From the NCBI GenBank assembly GCA_039033415.1, contig JBCCCR010000002.1, positions 38,581-102,580 of the forward strand: a stretch of 64,000 nucleotides of DNA, in the 5' to 3' direction. The notes below the pieces were generated by a model. It saw nothing but the letters and a program-made list of their open reading frames with translations. It was not told where the DNA came from and ran no database searches. A program made the translations under genes and the position numbers. The DNA is from Pseudomonadota bacterium (GTDB lineage Bacteria > Pseudomonadota > Gammaproteobacteria > Xanthomonadales > SZUA-38). Shown piece after piece: positions 27,374 to 34,470 of this stretch (its first letter is position 1; each line of letters opens with the position of its first letter).

Positions 27374-28108
27374 TTTTTGTCGTGTCGCGCCCCGCGACAC
27401 GCGGACGGCCTGGCGTCGACAGCCGCGTAACCGCGGTCAAAGGCGGGCTCCTGCAGCCCGCCGCCCGAAGCTTCGGGTCAATCCAGGCAGGCTCGGTCTC
27501 CCAAGTTGTCGGCGCGAACGGCAATAGCGATCAAGCAGAGCGCGGAAGTAGTTTGGCTCACGCACCGGGATGCCGGGAATGCGGGTCAACGAAAGATCAG
27601 GTGGTGCTGGAACCCGCGCATACCGCCCTGCGTCCCGCGAGAGAAAACGAGTAGTGCGTGCGTGCGAGCCGTTGCGGGCGAGTGCGTAAGTGCAGAAGCT
27701 GAAAGGATGCGGTCTGGCGCCGCAGTCTCCGGCTTCAGGTCGTCATTCCGGCAGGAGAGCGACCAATCATGCCGTGTTGTATTTCTGAAGAAGCAACGCG
27801 ATTGCCCCCGGCGCAGGTCAGCGGGCGAAACGCTTTACACCGACAGTGGCTTAACTCTGGCCCCGAGAGGGGAAGCTGGAGATCCGTCATGCCGATGGGT
27901 TTGGTGATCCTTGATCGCCGAGTAGGTGTAGGGGACGAGTGACTCGCCGCACTCCAAAAAGGCAGCCACCACCATCGACGCAGGCGCGTGGACAAGAGCG
28001 GTAACCGATACCTCGGGTACGCCGCTCGAACGGATGGTGAACCAGCGGATCAGCAAGGCTTAGTCTCAGCCGGTGATGCGCGTAGCGAATTTCTTCGCAG
28101 TTTTTCCT

Positions 28109-28184
28109 GCGGTACTGGCCTAACGGATAAGGCACCCGGCTGTCGACCGGGGAGATGTGGGTTCGAGTCCGGCGTACCGCGCCA
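28109..28184 (+). tRNA. tRNA-Asp(GUC)
   Basis: 76 nt; acceptor gcggtac/gtaccgc 7/7, U8, D-stem gcct/aggc, anticodon stem cccgg/ccggg loop cTGTCga, T-loop TTCGAGT (one G.G mismatch in T-stem), discriminator G, CCA encoded. Confidence 0.6.
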
Positions 28185-28185
28185 G

Positions 28186-28260
28186 GGGTCTTTGGCAGAA
28201 CGGTTATGCAGCGGACTCTTAATCCGCACCACGAAGGTTCGACTCCTTCAGGGCCCACCA
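28186..28260 (+). tRNA. tRNA-Lys(CUU)
   Basis: 75 nt starting 1 nt after previous CCA; acceptor gggtctt/agggccc (2 GU), U8, anticodon stem gcgga/tccgc loop cTCTTaa, T-arm gaagg-TTCGACT-ccttc, discriminator A, CCA encoded. Confidence 0.6.
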
Positions 28261-28334
28261 AATTCACGGTCAGCGTTTCGCAGACCCAGTCCGCAGCGTT
28301 GGCATCTCTTTTGACTAAACATATGGAGGCTCCC

Positions 28335-29534
28335 ATGGGCATTCAAATGACCATCAACAAAGGTCGTGTCCCAGTCCACGTCTGGACCCGGGATATCGAC
28401 TCCAAGGCGATCGATCAGCTGACCAATATTGCGCAGCTGCCGTTCGTCAAAGGCCACGTGGCGGCGATGCCCGATGTTCACGTCGGTCTGGGGGCCACCG
28501 TCGGTTCGGTGATCCCCACCGTTAAGGCGATCATTCCCGCCAGCGTGGGCGTGGACATCGGCTGCGGCATGATGGCAGCGCGGCTGACGCTGCCGGCCCA
28601 TCAGCTGCCGGACAGCCTCGGCGCGGTTCGAAGCGCGATCGAGGCCAAGGTGCCGGTGGGCTTCAACCTGCACAGCCTGGAAAACGCCTGCAGCGACGGG
28701 GTGAAAAAGGTGAAGGACGGTCACGACCGGATCACCGAAAAGCACCCCAAGCTGGCGGAACGGGCCCGGCGCGGCAAGCCGTGGAAGTGGGCCCGGCAGA
28801 TCGGCACTCTGGGCGGCGGCAATCACTTCATCGAGCTGTGCCTGGATCAGGATCAGCAGGTGTGGGTGATGTTGCACTCAGGCTCCCGGGGCGTGGGCAA
28901 CGAGATCGGCCGCTACTTCATTTCTATGGCCAAGGAAGAAATGCTGCGCAAGGACGTGCGGCTGCCGGACAAGGACCTGGCGTACCTGGAAGAAGGATCA
29001 CAGAGCTTCAGCGACTATGTTGAGGCGGTGGACTGGGCGCAGGACTACGCGATGGAAAACCGGCGACAGATGATGCGTCTGGTACTGGAAGCGCTGGCAG
29101 AGCAGCTGCCGGAGTTTTTGGTTACTGACCACGCTATCAACTGCCACCACAACTACATCGCTCGGGAAGTGCATTTCGGTGAACACGTTTACGTGACGCG
29201 GAAGGGCGCAATCCGGGCAGGGAAAGACGAACTGGGAATCATCCCCGGCTCCATGGGGGCCCGGTCGTACATTGTCCGCGGTAAAGGCAACGGCGAGTCG
29301 TTCCACTCCTGCGCCCACGGTGCGGGACGGAAGATGTCTCGTACGGAAGCCAAGCGGCGGTTCACCCGGGCCGACCTGATCGATCAGACGAAGGGCGTTG
29401 AATGCCGGAAGGACAAGGGCGTGATTGACGAAGCGCCCGGTGCTTACAAGGACATCGACGCCGTGATGAGCAATCAGGAAGACCTGGTGGAAGTGGTCCA
29501 CACCCTGAAGCAGGTGGTCTGCGTTAAAGGCTGA
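28335..29534 (+). CDS. rtcB: RNA 3'-phosphate/5'-OH ligase RtcB
   Basis: 400 aa colinear with E. coli RtcB incl. GGGNHFIE, HSGSRGxGN, CHHNY, HGAGR motifs and C-terminal VVCVKG; GGAGG 6 nt upstream of ATG 28335 (the track ORF start 28155 runs through the tRNA genes and is rejected). Confidence 0.9.
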   Translation: MGIQMTINKGRVPVHVWTRDIDSKAIDQLTNIAQLPFVKGHVAAMPDVHVGLGATVGSVIPTVKAIIPASVGVDIGCGMMAARLTLPAHQLPDSLGAVRSAIEAKVPVGFNLHSLENACSDGVKKVKDGHDRITEKHPKLAERARRGKPWKWARQIGTLGGGNHFIELCLDQDQQVWVMLHSGSRGVGNEIGRYFISMAKEEMLRKDVRLPDKDLAYLEEGSQSFSDYVEAVDWAQDYAMENRRQMMRLVLEALAEQLPEFLVTDHAINCHHNYIAREVHFGEHVYVTRKGAIRAGKDELGIIPGSMGARSYIVRGKGNGESFHSCAHGAGRKMSRTEAKRRFTRADLIDQTKGVECRKDKGVIDEAPGAYKDIDAVMSNQEDLVEVVHTLKQVVCVKG

Positions 29535-29550
29535 CCCGCAGCCGTAACCC

Positions 29551-29579
29551 TGGGGGCGGGAGAAACCCGCCCCCTCTTC
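29551..29579 (+). terminator. GC-rich hairpin downstream of rtcB (weak/partial terminator or attenuator)
   Basis: gggggcggg-agaaa-cccgccccc 9-bp stem followed by TCTTC (poor U tract). Confidence 0.3.
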
Positions 29580-29692
29580 AGCAACTAGGAGAGGCCTATG
29601 AACAGCCCGACAAGCAAGGCGCCCGCCGGCCGCGCCCCCCAAGGCCTGCGATCTCTGCAACCGTTGAAACCAGACTCTCGATGGAGAACATC

Positions 29693-30607
29693 ATGGACAA
29701 AAGACTCGTCCAAGAGTTTGTGCAATGTGAGGCCGGACGCCGCCGCTGCTTCAGCTACTTCAAGGGCCGCTATGCGCTCCTGCTGCTGAAACACGTGCTC
29801 GGCCGCGGCCGCAGCATCGCTGAACTCCGTTTATCCCCGTTTCATCAGCTTCTCCAGAAGCCTGCCGTCAAAACAGTCCTGAAATGGGCCGGCGGCGGCC
29901 TGCTAACGCCGGAGCTGCTGGATTTTGCCTGGCAGGACCCGGTGCTGGACTTCGTGGTGTCATTCAGCCACTTCAGCGGCTGGTGCCAAACCAGTCGGCG
30001 CGGCGCCAACCTGGTGATTCAGCTGAACTTCAGCCGAAGCCAGCAGCGCCGCTACGAGCGGCTGATGCGCCCCCAGGAACATGGTGCGCTGCAGCTATGG
30101 GGCCACCCCGTTGACCGGGTTTCGCGGGAGACGCTGGCGTGGGTCAGAGTTGACCTCGACCTGGACGATGAGGAAGCGCTCATCGAAGAGGTGCAGGGTG
30201 ACTGGCTGCGTGAGGTAGATTCGCTCTTGCGCGCCTACCGCAACGCCGCCGAAGACGACCCGGTGTATCTCGGATTTCACACGACGGTGGGCGCCCTGCG
30301 TCGCTATCACGCGGCGCTGAAGCCCTATCGTCAGCTGTGGGACGAGGCTGCGCTGGCTGCGGCGCTGGAGTATCTGCTGGGCGATCTCGGTATTCGCCGG
30401 GTTTTCTACCATCAGTTCAAAACCGGCTGTGAGCTGAAACGGATCGATCGACATGACGCGCCGCCCATGTCGCTTTACACCGACCTGCCGCGTCGATTCT
30501 GCATGCAGGCCACCGACAAGGGGCCGCAGTTTCTGATGCGGCAGCGCAAGCTGAGGCGGCGACTCGCGGGTGCTTCTGCACCCATCTTTTTTCAATTGAG
30601 CCCTTAG
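29693..30607 (+). CDS. hypothetical protein (RtcB-adjacent, no recognisable domain)
   Basis: 304 aa from ATG 29693 with GGAGA 5-6 nt upstream; no GGQ (not PrfH), not archease-sized, not RtcA-like; codon usage typical of host. Confidence 0.5.
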   Translation: MDKRLVQEFVQCEAGRRRCFSYFKGRYALLLLKHVLGRGRSIAELRLSPFHQLLQKPAVKTVLKWAGGGLLTPELLDFAWQDPVLDFVVSFSHFSGWCQTSRRGANLVIQLNFSRSQQRRYERLMRPQEHGALQLWGHPVDRVSRETLAWVRVDLDLDDEEALIEEVQGDWLREVDSLLRAYRNAAEDDPVYLGFHTTVGALRRYHAALKPYRQLWDEAALAAALEYLLGDLGIRRVFYHQFKTGCELKRIDRHDAPPMSLYTDLPRRFCMQATDKGPQFLMRQRKLRRRLAGASAPIFFQLSP

Positions 30608-30668
30608 GGTTTCACCGGAGCGTTCTCGCGAACGTCTCGGATGAATCACCGATGGCTAAGGAGGAAAC

Positions 30669-30833
30669 ATGCCTGGTAATCCGATCGCCAGAAACCCCCT
30701 CCTGCGTAAAGGTGGTGCCCATCAGCGCGCTCGCTCCAGCGAGCGCCAGATCTATGGCTCCATCCTTCGCAGCGCGGTGGATGAATGGTTTAAAGATTAT
30801 GCCGAGCGGTCTCGCGGCCGCTCGAAACGTTAA
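30669..30833 (+). CDS. 54-aa highly basic small protein (weak ArfA-like flavour, unassigned)
   Basis: Perfect SD AAGGAGGA 5 nt upstream of ATG 30669; MPGNPIARNPLLRKGGAHQRARSSERQIYGSILRSAVDEWFKDYAERSRGRSKR; followed by hairpin gggcgg-tgcg-ccgccc + T-rich; the overlapping track ORF 30652..30864 (other frame) is rejected. Confidence 0.45.
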   Translation: MPGNPIARNPLLRKGGAHQRARSSERQIYGSILRSAVDEWFKDYAERSRGRSKR

Positions 30834-30969
30834 CGGAGGGGCGGTGCGCCGCCCTTCCCTCTGATCATTTGCTGACCCAAATCAATCAGCGGACTGGGTT
30901 CTAAGCGCCCAGCCGGTGCCCCGGGCTTTGCCTGGCGGGTATATCGAGCGACACGGGGAGCAGGTGAAG

Positions 30970-31046
30970 GTTCCTGTACCTAAGCGGATGAGGCCCTCCG
31001 GCTTTGCCGGAGGTGTATGCAGGTTCGAATCCTGTCTGGAACTCCA
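30970..31046 (+). ncRNA. tRNA-like element with canonical acceptor/T-arm and CCA end but aberrant anticodon arm (7-bp stem/5-nt loop or 9-nt loop, central UUU)
   Basis: acceptor gttcctg/ctggaac (1 mismatch), U8 A9, D-arm, hairpin cctccggc-tttg-ccggagg, T-arm gcagg-TTCGAAT-cctgt, discriminator U, CCA 31044-31046. Confidence 0.3.
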
Positions 31047-31116
31047 TGGATAGCTCAGTTGGTAGAGCAGTCGACTCATAATCGATGGGCCGCGGGTTCG
31101 ATTCCCGCTCCACTGC
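31044..31116 (+). tRNA. tRNA-Met/Ile2(CAU)-like gene with defective acceptor stem (2 mismatches) and no encoded CCA; possible pseudo-tRNA or displaced tRNA copy
   Basis: TAGCTCAGTTGGTAGAGCA D-arm, anticodon stem gtcga/tcgat loop cTCATaa, T-arm gcggg-TTCGATT-cccgc; 5' acceptor ccatgga overlaps the CCA of the preceding element and pairs only 5/7 with 3' strand tccactg. Confidence 0.4.
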
Positions 31117-31429
31117 CTCCTGAACGAGGCCATTAACGCAAGAAACGGGCTTTTGCCCAGGGACCCCTTCCCCGCCTGATCCGGTTTCCGCAGCTTCGGC
31201 CGCGGCCGCCGGTGAGGGCAGCAGCACAGACGTTCTGTCGACTGCCGCTGAACTCGTTGCTCAGAAAACGTAAGGCTTTGGTCTTCCGGCTCGCCCCGCG
31301 AAACCGAGGACCAGCGCCGCGCGTTGACGACGGCGAGTACAAGCAGTTCGCCACGGCTGGGCTGCGGGAAGGGGACTTTTTGTGTCCCGCAAGGGACGCT
31401 CCATGCCAATCCCAAAGGAGGAACCAATC

Positions 31430-32572
31430 ATGATGGGATTGAACAAGGTTGTGATCGCGGACTACGAACGCGGTCTGAAGTACACCAATCGTCGGCTGAC
31501 GGCGGTACTGGCTCCGGGCGTATACCGCTGGCTGAATCGGCCGAACCGGAAGGTCGAGGTCCAGGTGGTAGATGTCACCACGGGTCGGCTGCAGCTTCCC
31601 CGAATCGAATATCTGGTGCGCAATGCGCCGGAGGCCGTGGCGGCACAATTTGAGGTGGTTGCCATCGGGCCGCAGGAGCTGGGCCTGGTCTACCTCAACG
31701 GCCGGCTAAATGGCCTGCTGCAGCCGGGCGCCGTCCAGGTTTTTTGGAAGGACGCGGCTGATCTGCGGGTCGAGCGGGTGGACCTGTCGGATTCACTCGA
31801 GGTAGACCCGAAGCGAGTCCAGGAAGTGCTGCGAAGCGGCATGCCTACGGACGAGAAGCGGACGCTCTACCTTCGGCAGGTCGCTGACCATGAGGCGGGC
31901 CTGCTGCTGATCGACGGCCGGTTCGAGCGGCTGCTGGAGCCCGGCCTGCACGGCTTCTGGGCGGCCACCAGGCCTGTCACTGTAGAGCTGGTGGACCTGC
32001 GGCTGCAGGCTCTGGAGGTCAGCGGACAGGAGATGCTGACCAAGGACAAGGTGTCGCTGCGGATTAACCTGGCGGCCGGCTACCGGGTGACCGATCCGGT
32101 GAAGGCTCGGGCAGGTTCCGCCGACGTGGTCGATCAGCTCTACCGGACTCTGCAGTTTGGCCTGCGCCAGGCGGTGGGTGGCCGGGACCTGGAACGCCTG
32201 CTGGGCCAGAAGGGTGAGCTCGATGATGAGGTGTTCGCCTACGCGGCCGCTCAGGTGGAAGGCCTGGGCCTGAGCCTGGAGGCGGTGGGCGTCAAGGACA
32301 TCATCCTGCCCGGTGACATGAAGGCCATCCTCAACCAGGTGGTGGAGGCACAGAAGGTTTCTGAAGCTAACGTGATTCGTCGGCGGGAGGAAACCGCGGC
32401 TACACGTAGCCTGCTCAACACCGCCAAGCTGATGGACGACAACCCCACCCTCCTGCGTCTGAAGGAACTGGAGATACTGGAGAAGGTCACCGAAAAGATC
32501 GACCAGATCACCGTTTTCGGCGGCCTGGAAGGCGTCCTCAACGAGCTGGTCAAAATTGGAGGCCAGCGATGA
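31430..32572 (+). CDS. SPFH/band-7 (stomatin-prohibitin-flotillin-HflK/C) domain protein
   Basis: AAAGGAGG 8 nt upstream of ATG 31430; SPFH-like core with C-terminal coiled-coil (EAQKVSEANVIRRREETAATRSLLNTAKLM); no N-terminal TM helix evident. Confidence 0.65.
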   Translation: MMGLNKVVIADYERGLKYTNRRLTAVLAPGVYRWLNRPNRKVEVQVVDVTTGRLQLPRIEYLVRNAPEAVAAQFEVVAIGPQELGLVYLNGRLNGLLQPGAVQVFWKDAADLRVERVDLSDSLEVDPKRVQEVLRSGMPTDEKRTLYLRQVADHEAGLLLIDGRFERLLEPGLHGFWAATRPVTVELVDLRLQALEVSGQEMLTKDKVSLRINLAAGYRVTDPVKARAGSADVVDQLYRTLQFGLRQAVGGRDLERLLGQKGELDDEVFAYAAAQVEGLGLSLEAVGVKDIILPGDMKAILNQVVEAQKVSEANVIRRREETAATRSLLNTAKLMDDNPTLLRLKELEILEKVTEKIDQITVFGGLEGVLNELVKIGGQR

Positions 32573-32611
32573 CCGGGTCCAATACGACCCGGCTGGGGTT
32601 TGACCCCGCTT

Positions 32612-32646
32612 AGCCGGCTGCGGTTTTCCGCAGCCGGTTTTTTTTG
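32612..32646 (+). terminator. rho-independent terminator (gccggctgcgg-tttt-ccgcagccgg + 8 U)
   Basis: 11-bp GC stem followed by TTTTTTTT; sits between convergent SPFH and 4Fe-4S genes. Confidence 0.6.
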
Positions 32647-32647
32647 G

Positions 32648-33640
32648 CTAATTTTTCGCTTCGCCGGCCAATCGCTCCGCCCGGCGGGCCAGCTTCTCCA
32701 CCAGGTTGAAGCCGACGTCGGGGCGCGACCACGGGCAGACCGCAATGCAGATGGCGCAGCCCGAGGTTTCCGCAAAAAAGGGAATACATTCGTCGAAGTC
32801 GACGTACCACTTCTCGGTGCCCCGCACGGTTTGTTTATCCGGCTTGATCGCGATCGGCGGGCAGGCATTCTCGCAGACCTTGCAGCGGCTGCAGAAATCG
32901 TCTATCCCAAATTCACGCTGGGGCGTCGGCGCAAACGGCGCGTCGGTCAGCACCGCGCCCAGCCGAAACGCTGAACCAAACTCTGGATTGATAATCGACC
33001 CGTGTTTGCCCAGCTCACCAAACCCGCACTCGATCGCGGGCGGGATCATCAGGATCTTGCCGACCATCGGGCCGGTGACCGCCTCAGCCTGCCATCCCTG
33101 ACTACGGATCCAGGCAGCCACTTTCTTGGCAACCTTCGCGGCCCGCAGGTACTGGCGCGTCACGTCTTTTCCACCCCGCAGCTCGGGCACGTGGCGCAGT
33201 TCCTCGAAGTCATGCTGCACACCCAGCATCACCACGTTGGGCAGATCGTTCTGCTCGTGTTCGTACACCCACTCTGGGCGCATCCGCGCCACGCCGGTCA
33301 TCTCGCAGTCGCCAGCCTCGATGAACTGCTTTAACTCAGCCGTCCAGTCATCGGGAGACCGGGAAATCCTTTCCGGAGCCACCGGCGGCAGCGGTGATTC
33401 CACCGCCTCCTTGCGCCGGGTGCGCAGGTCGACCATCTCGTCGTCCGGTTGCTCGTGCTGGTAGAACCAGAGCTGCGCCCGACCGAAACTTACGGCTTCC
33501 ATATCCGGAGCCCACCACACCATCGCCGGCGGACGGTGATGGGTTTCGCCTAAGCCATTGACCGGATTCCCGCGATAGTCGCCGAGCAGCGCCAGAAATT
33601 CGGGATCAGGGCTATAGGGTCGATAGGGATTTTTTGGCAT
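32648..33640 (-). CDS. 4Fe-4S dicluster protein, reductive dehalogenase (RdhA)/QueG-like family
   Basis: Two CxxCxxCxxxCP motifs near C-terminus (CSRCKVCENACP, CAICIAVCP); GGGAGAG RBS upstream of Met at ~33640 (the track ORF extends to 33763 without RBS). Confidence 0.5.
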   Translation of the reverse strand: MPKNPYRPYSPDPEFLALLGDYRGNPVNGLGETHHRPPAMVWWAPDMEAVSFGRAQLWFYQHEQPDDEMVDLRTRRKEAVESPLPPVAPERISRSPDDWTAELKQFIEAGDCEMTGVARMRPEWVYEHEQNDLPNVVMLGVQHDFEELRHVPELRGGKDVTRQYLRAAKVAKKVAAWIRSQGWQAEAVTGPMVGKILMIPPAIECGFGELGKHGSIINPEFGSAFRLGAVLTDAPFAPTPQREFGIDDFCSRCKVCENACPPIAIKPDKQTVRGTEKWYVDFDECIPFFAETSGCAICIAVCPWSRPDVGFNLVEKLARRAERLAGEAKN

Positions 33641-33861
33641 GTGACACTCTCCCGCAGGCGTCTGTTGCCGCGCGAACCCCCTCCTTGAGCGGCACTCGCC
33701 GGCGTACCCCAGCCCCACGATGAACCGATCAGCACCTTCGTTCAAGTCGTTCCGACGAGCCAAGATCGCTCAAAACACGAGTCTCCGCCGTTAATCCTTG
33801 GCCCAAAACACCCGAGGGTGTCGACAGAAACAGGAAAAATCCGGCAAGGTGTTTTAGGCTT

Positions 33862-34470
33862 TTGGTATTCGATTCAAATCCGGACCTGCCTGTGGCCGAC
33901 CTGCAAAGCACAACACGCCTGCTTGAACGCTATCGCGACGGTGAGCAGGCGGCCCGTGATGCGTTGGTTGAGCGTTACCTTCCAATCCTCCGGCGCTGGG
34001 CCCACGGCCGGTTGCCCGAGCGCACCCGGGATACCACCGACACGGACGACCTGGTACAGGTCACCTTCATGCGGGCGATCAAGAGCCTGGACCGATTTGA
34101 GTCTGAACGGCCGGGAGCCTTCCTGGCTTACCTGCGGACCATCTTTATGAATCTGGTGCGCGACGAGGTGCGGCGCCGCGCGGCCCGCCCAAACACCGAG
34201 CCCATGACCCGATCCCTGCCGGCACAGCAAAGCTCGCAAGTGGAAAAGGCCGTGGGCCATGAGGTGATGGAGGCCTACGAGCGAGGGCTGGGCAAGCTGC
34301 CGGAAAACAAGCGTATTGCCGTGATCATGCGCGTGGAGTTCGGCATGAGCTTCGACCAGGTGGCCGAGGAGCTGGAAATGGCGAGCGCCAACGCGGCCCG
34401 CATGATGGTGACGCGCGCGCTGGAGAAGCTGGCCACCTATCTGCCGGAAGATACCGGCGTCAATTCGTGA
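33862..34470 (+). CDS. ECF-type RNA polymerase sigma factor (sigma-70 region 2 and 4), kinase-coupled type
   Basis: Region 2 (LVERYLPILRRWAHGRL), region 4 HTH (MSFDQVAEELEMASANAARMMVTRALEKL); TTG start at 33862 (alternative GTG 33892); stop overlaps kinase start. Confidence 0.8.
   Translation: MVFDSNPDLPVADLQSTTRLLERYRDGEQAARDALVERYLPILRRWAHGRLPERTRDTTDTDDLVQVTFMRAIKSLDRFESERPGAFLAYLRTIFMNLVRDEVRRRAARPNTEPMTRSLPAQQSSQVEKAVGHEVMEAYERGLGKLPENKRIAVIMRVEFGMSFDQVAEELEMASANAARMMVTRALEKLATYLPEDTGVNS

Noticed and set aside
27200-28110. tmRNA (ssrA) or RNase P RNA in the ORF-free region
   Set aside because: No resume-codon tag ORF ending in ..ALAA-stop was found. No GGGGCUGAUUCUGGAUUCGACGGG-like 5' end and no GGAAAGUCCGGGCUCC P4 motif were found. 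The tRNA-like 3' module at 27298-27373 has a full anticodon arm.
28155-28334. ORF-track N-terminal extension of RtcB starting at 28155
   Set aside because: The extension runs through the tRNA-Asp/tRNA-Lys genes. A GGAGG RBS and E. coli-RtcB-colinear start occur at 28335.
29681-29692. Earlier ATG (29681, MENIMDK) as start of RtcB-adjacent gene
   Set aside because: GGAGA sits 5-6 nt before ATG 29693 and would be inside the coding sequence for the earlier start. The difference is only 4 codons, so impact is minor.
30652-30864. 70-aa ORF from the track (A/S/P-rich)
   Set aside because: An alternative frame contains a 54-codon ORF with a perfect AAGGAGGA SD and protein-like composition. The track ORF is a likely GC artefact.
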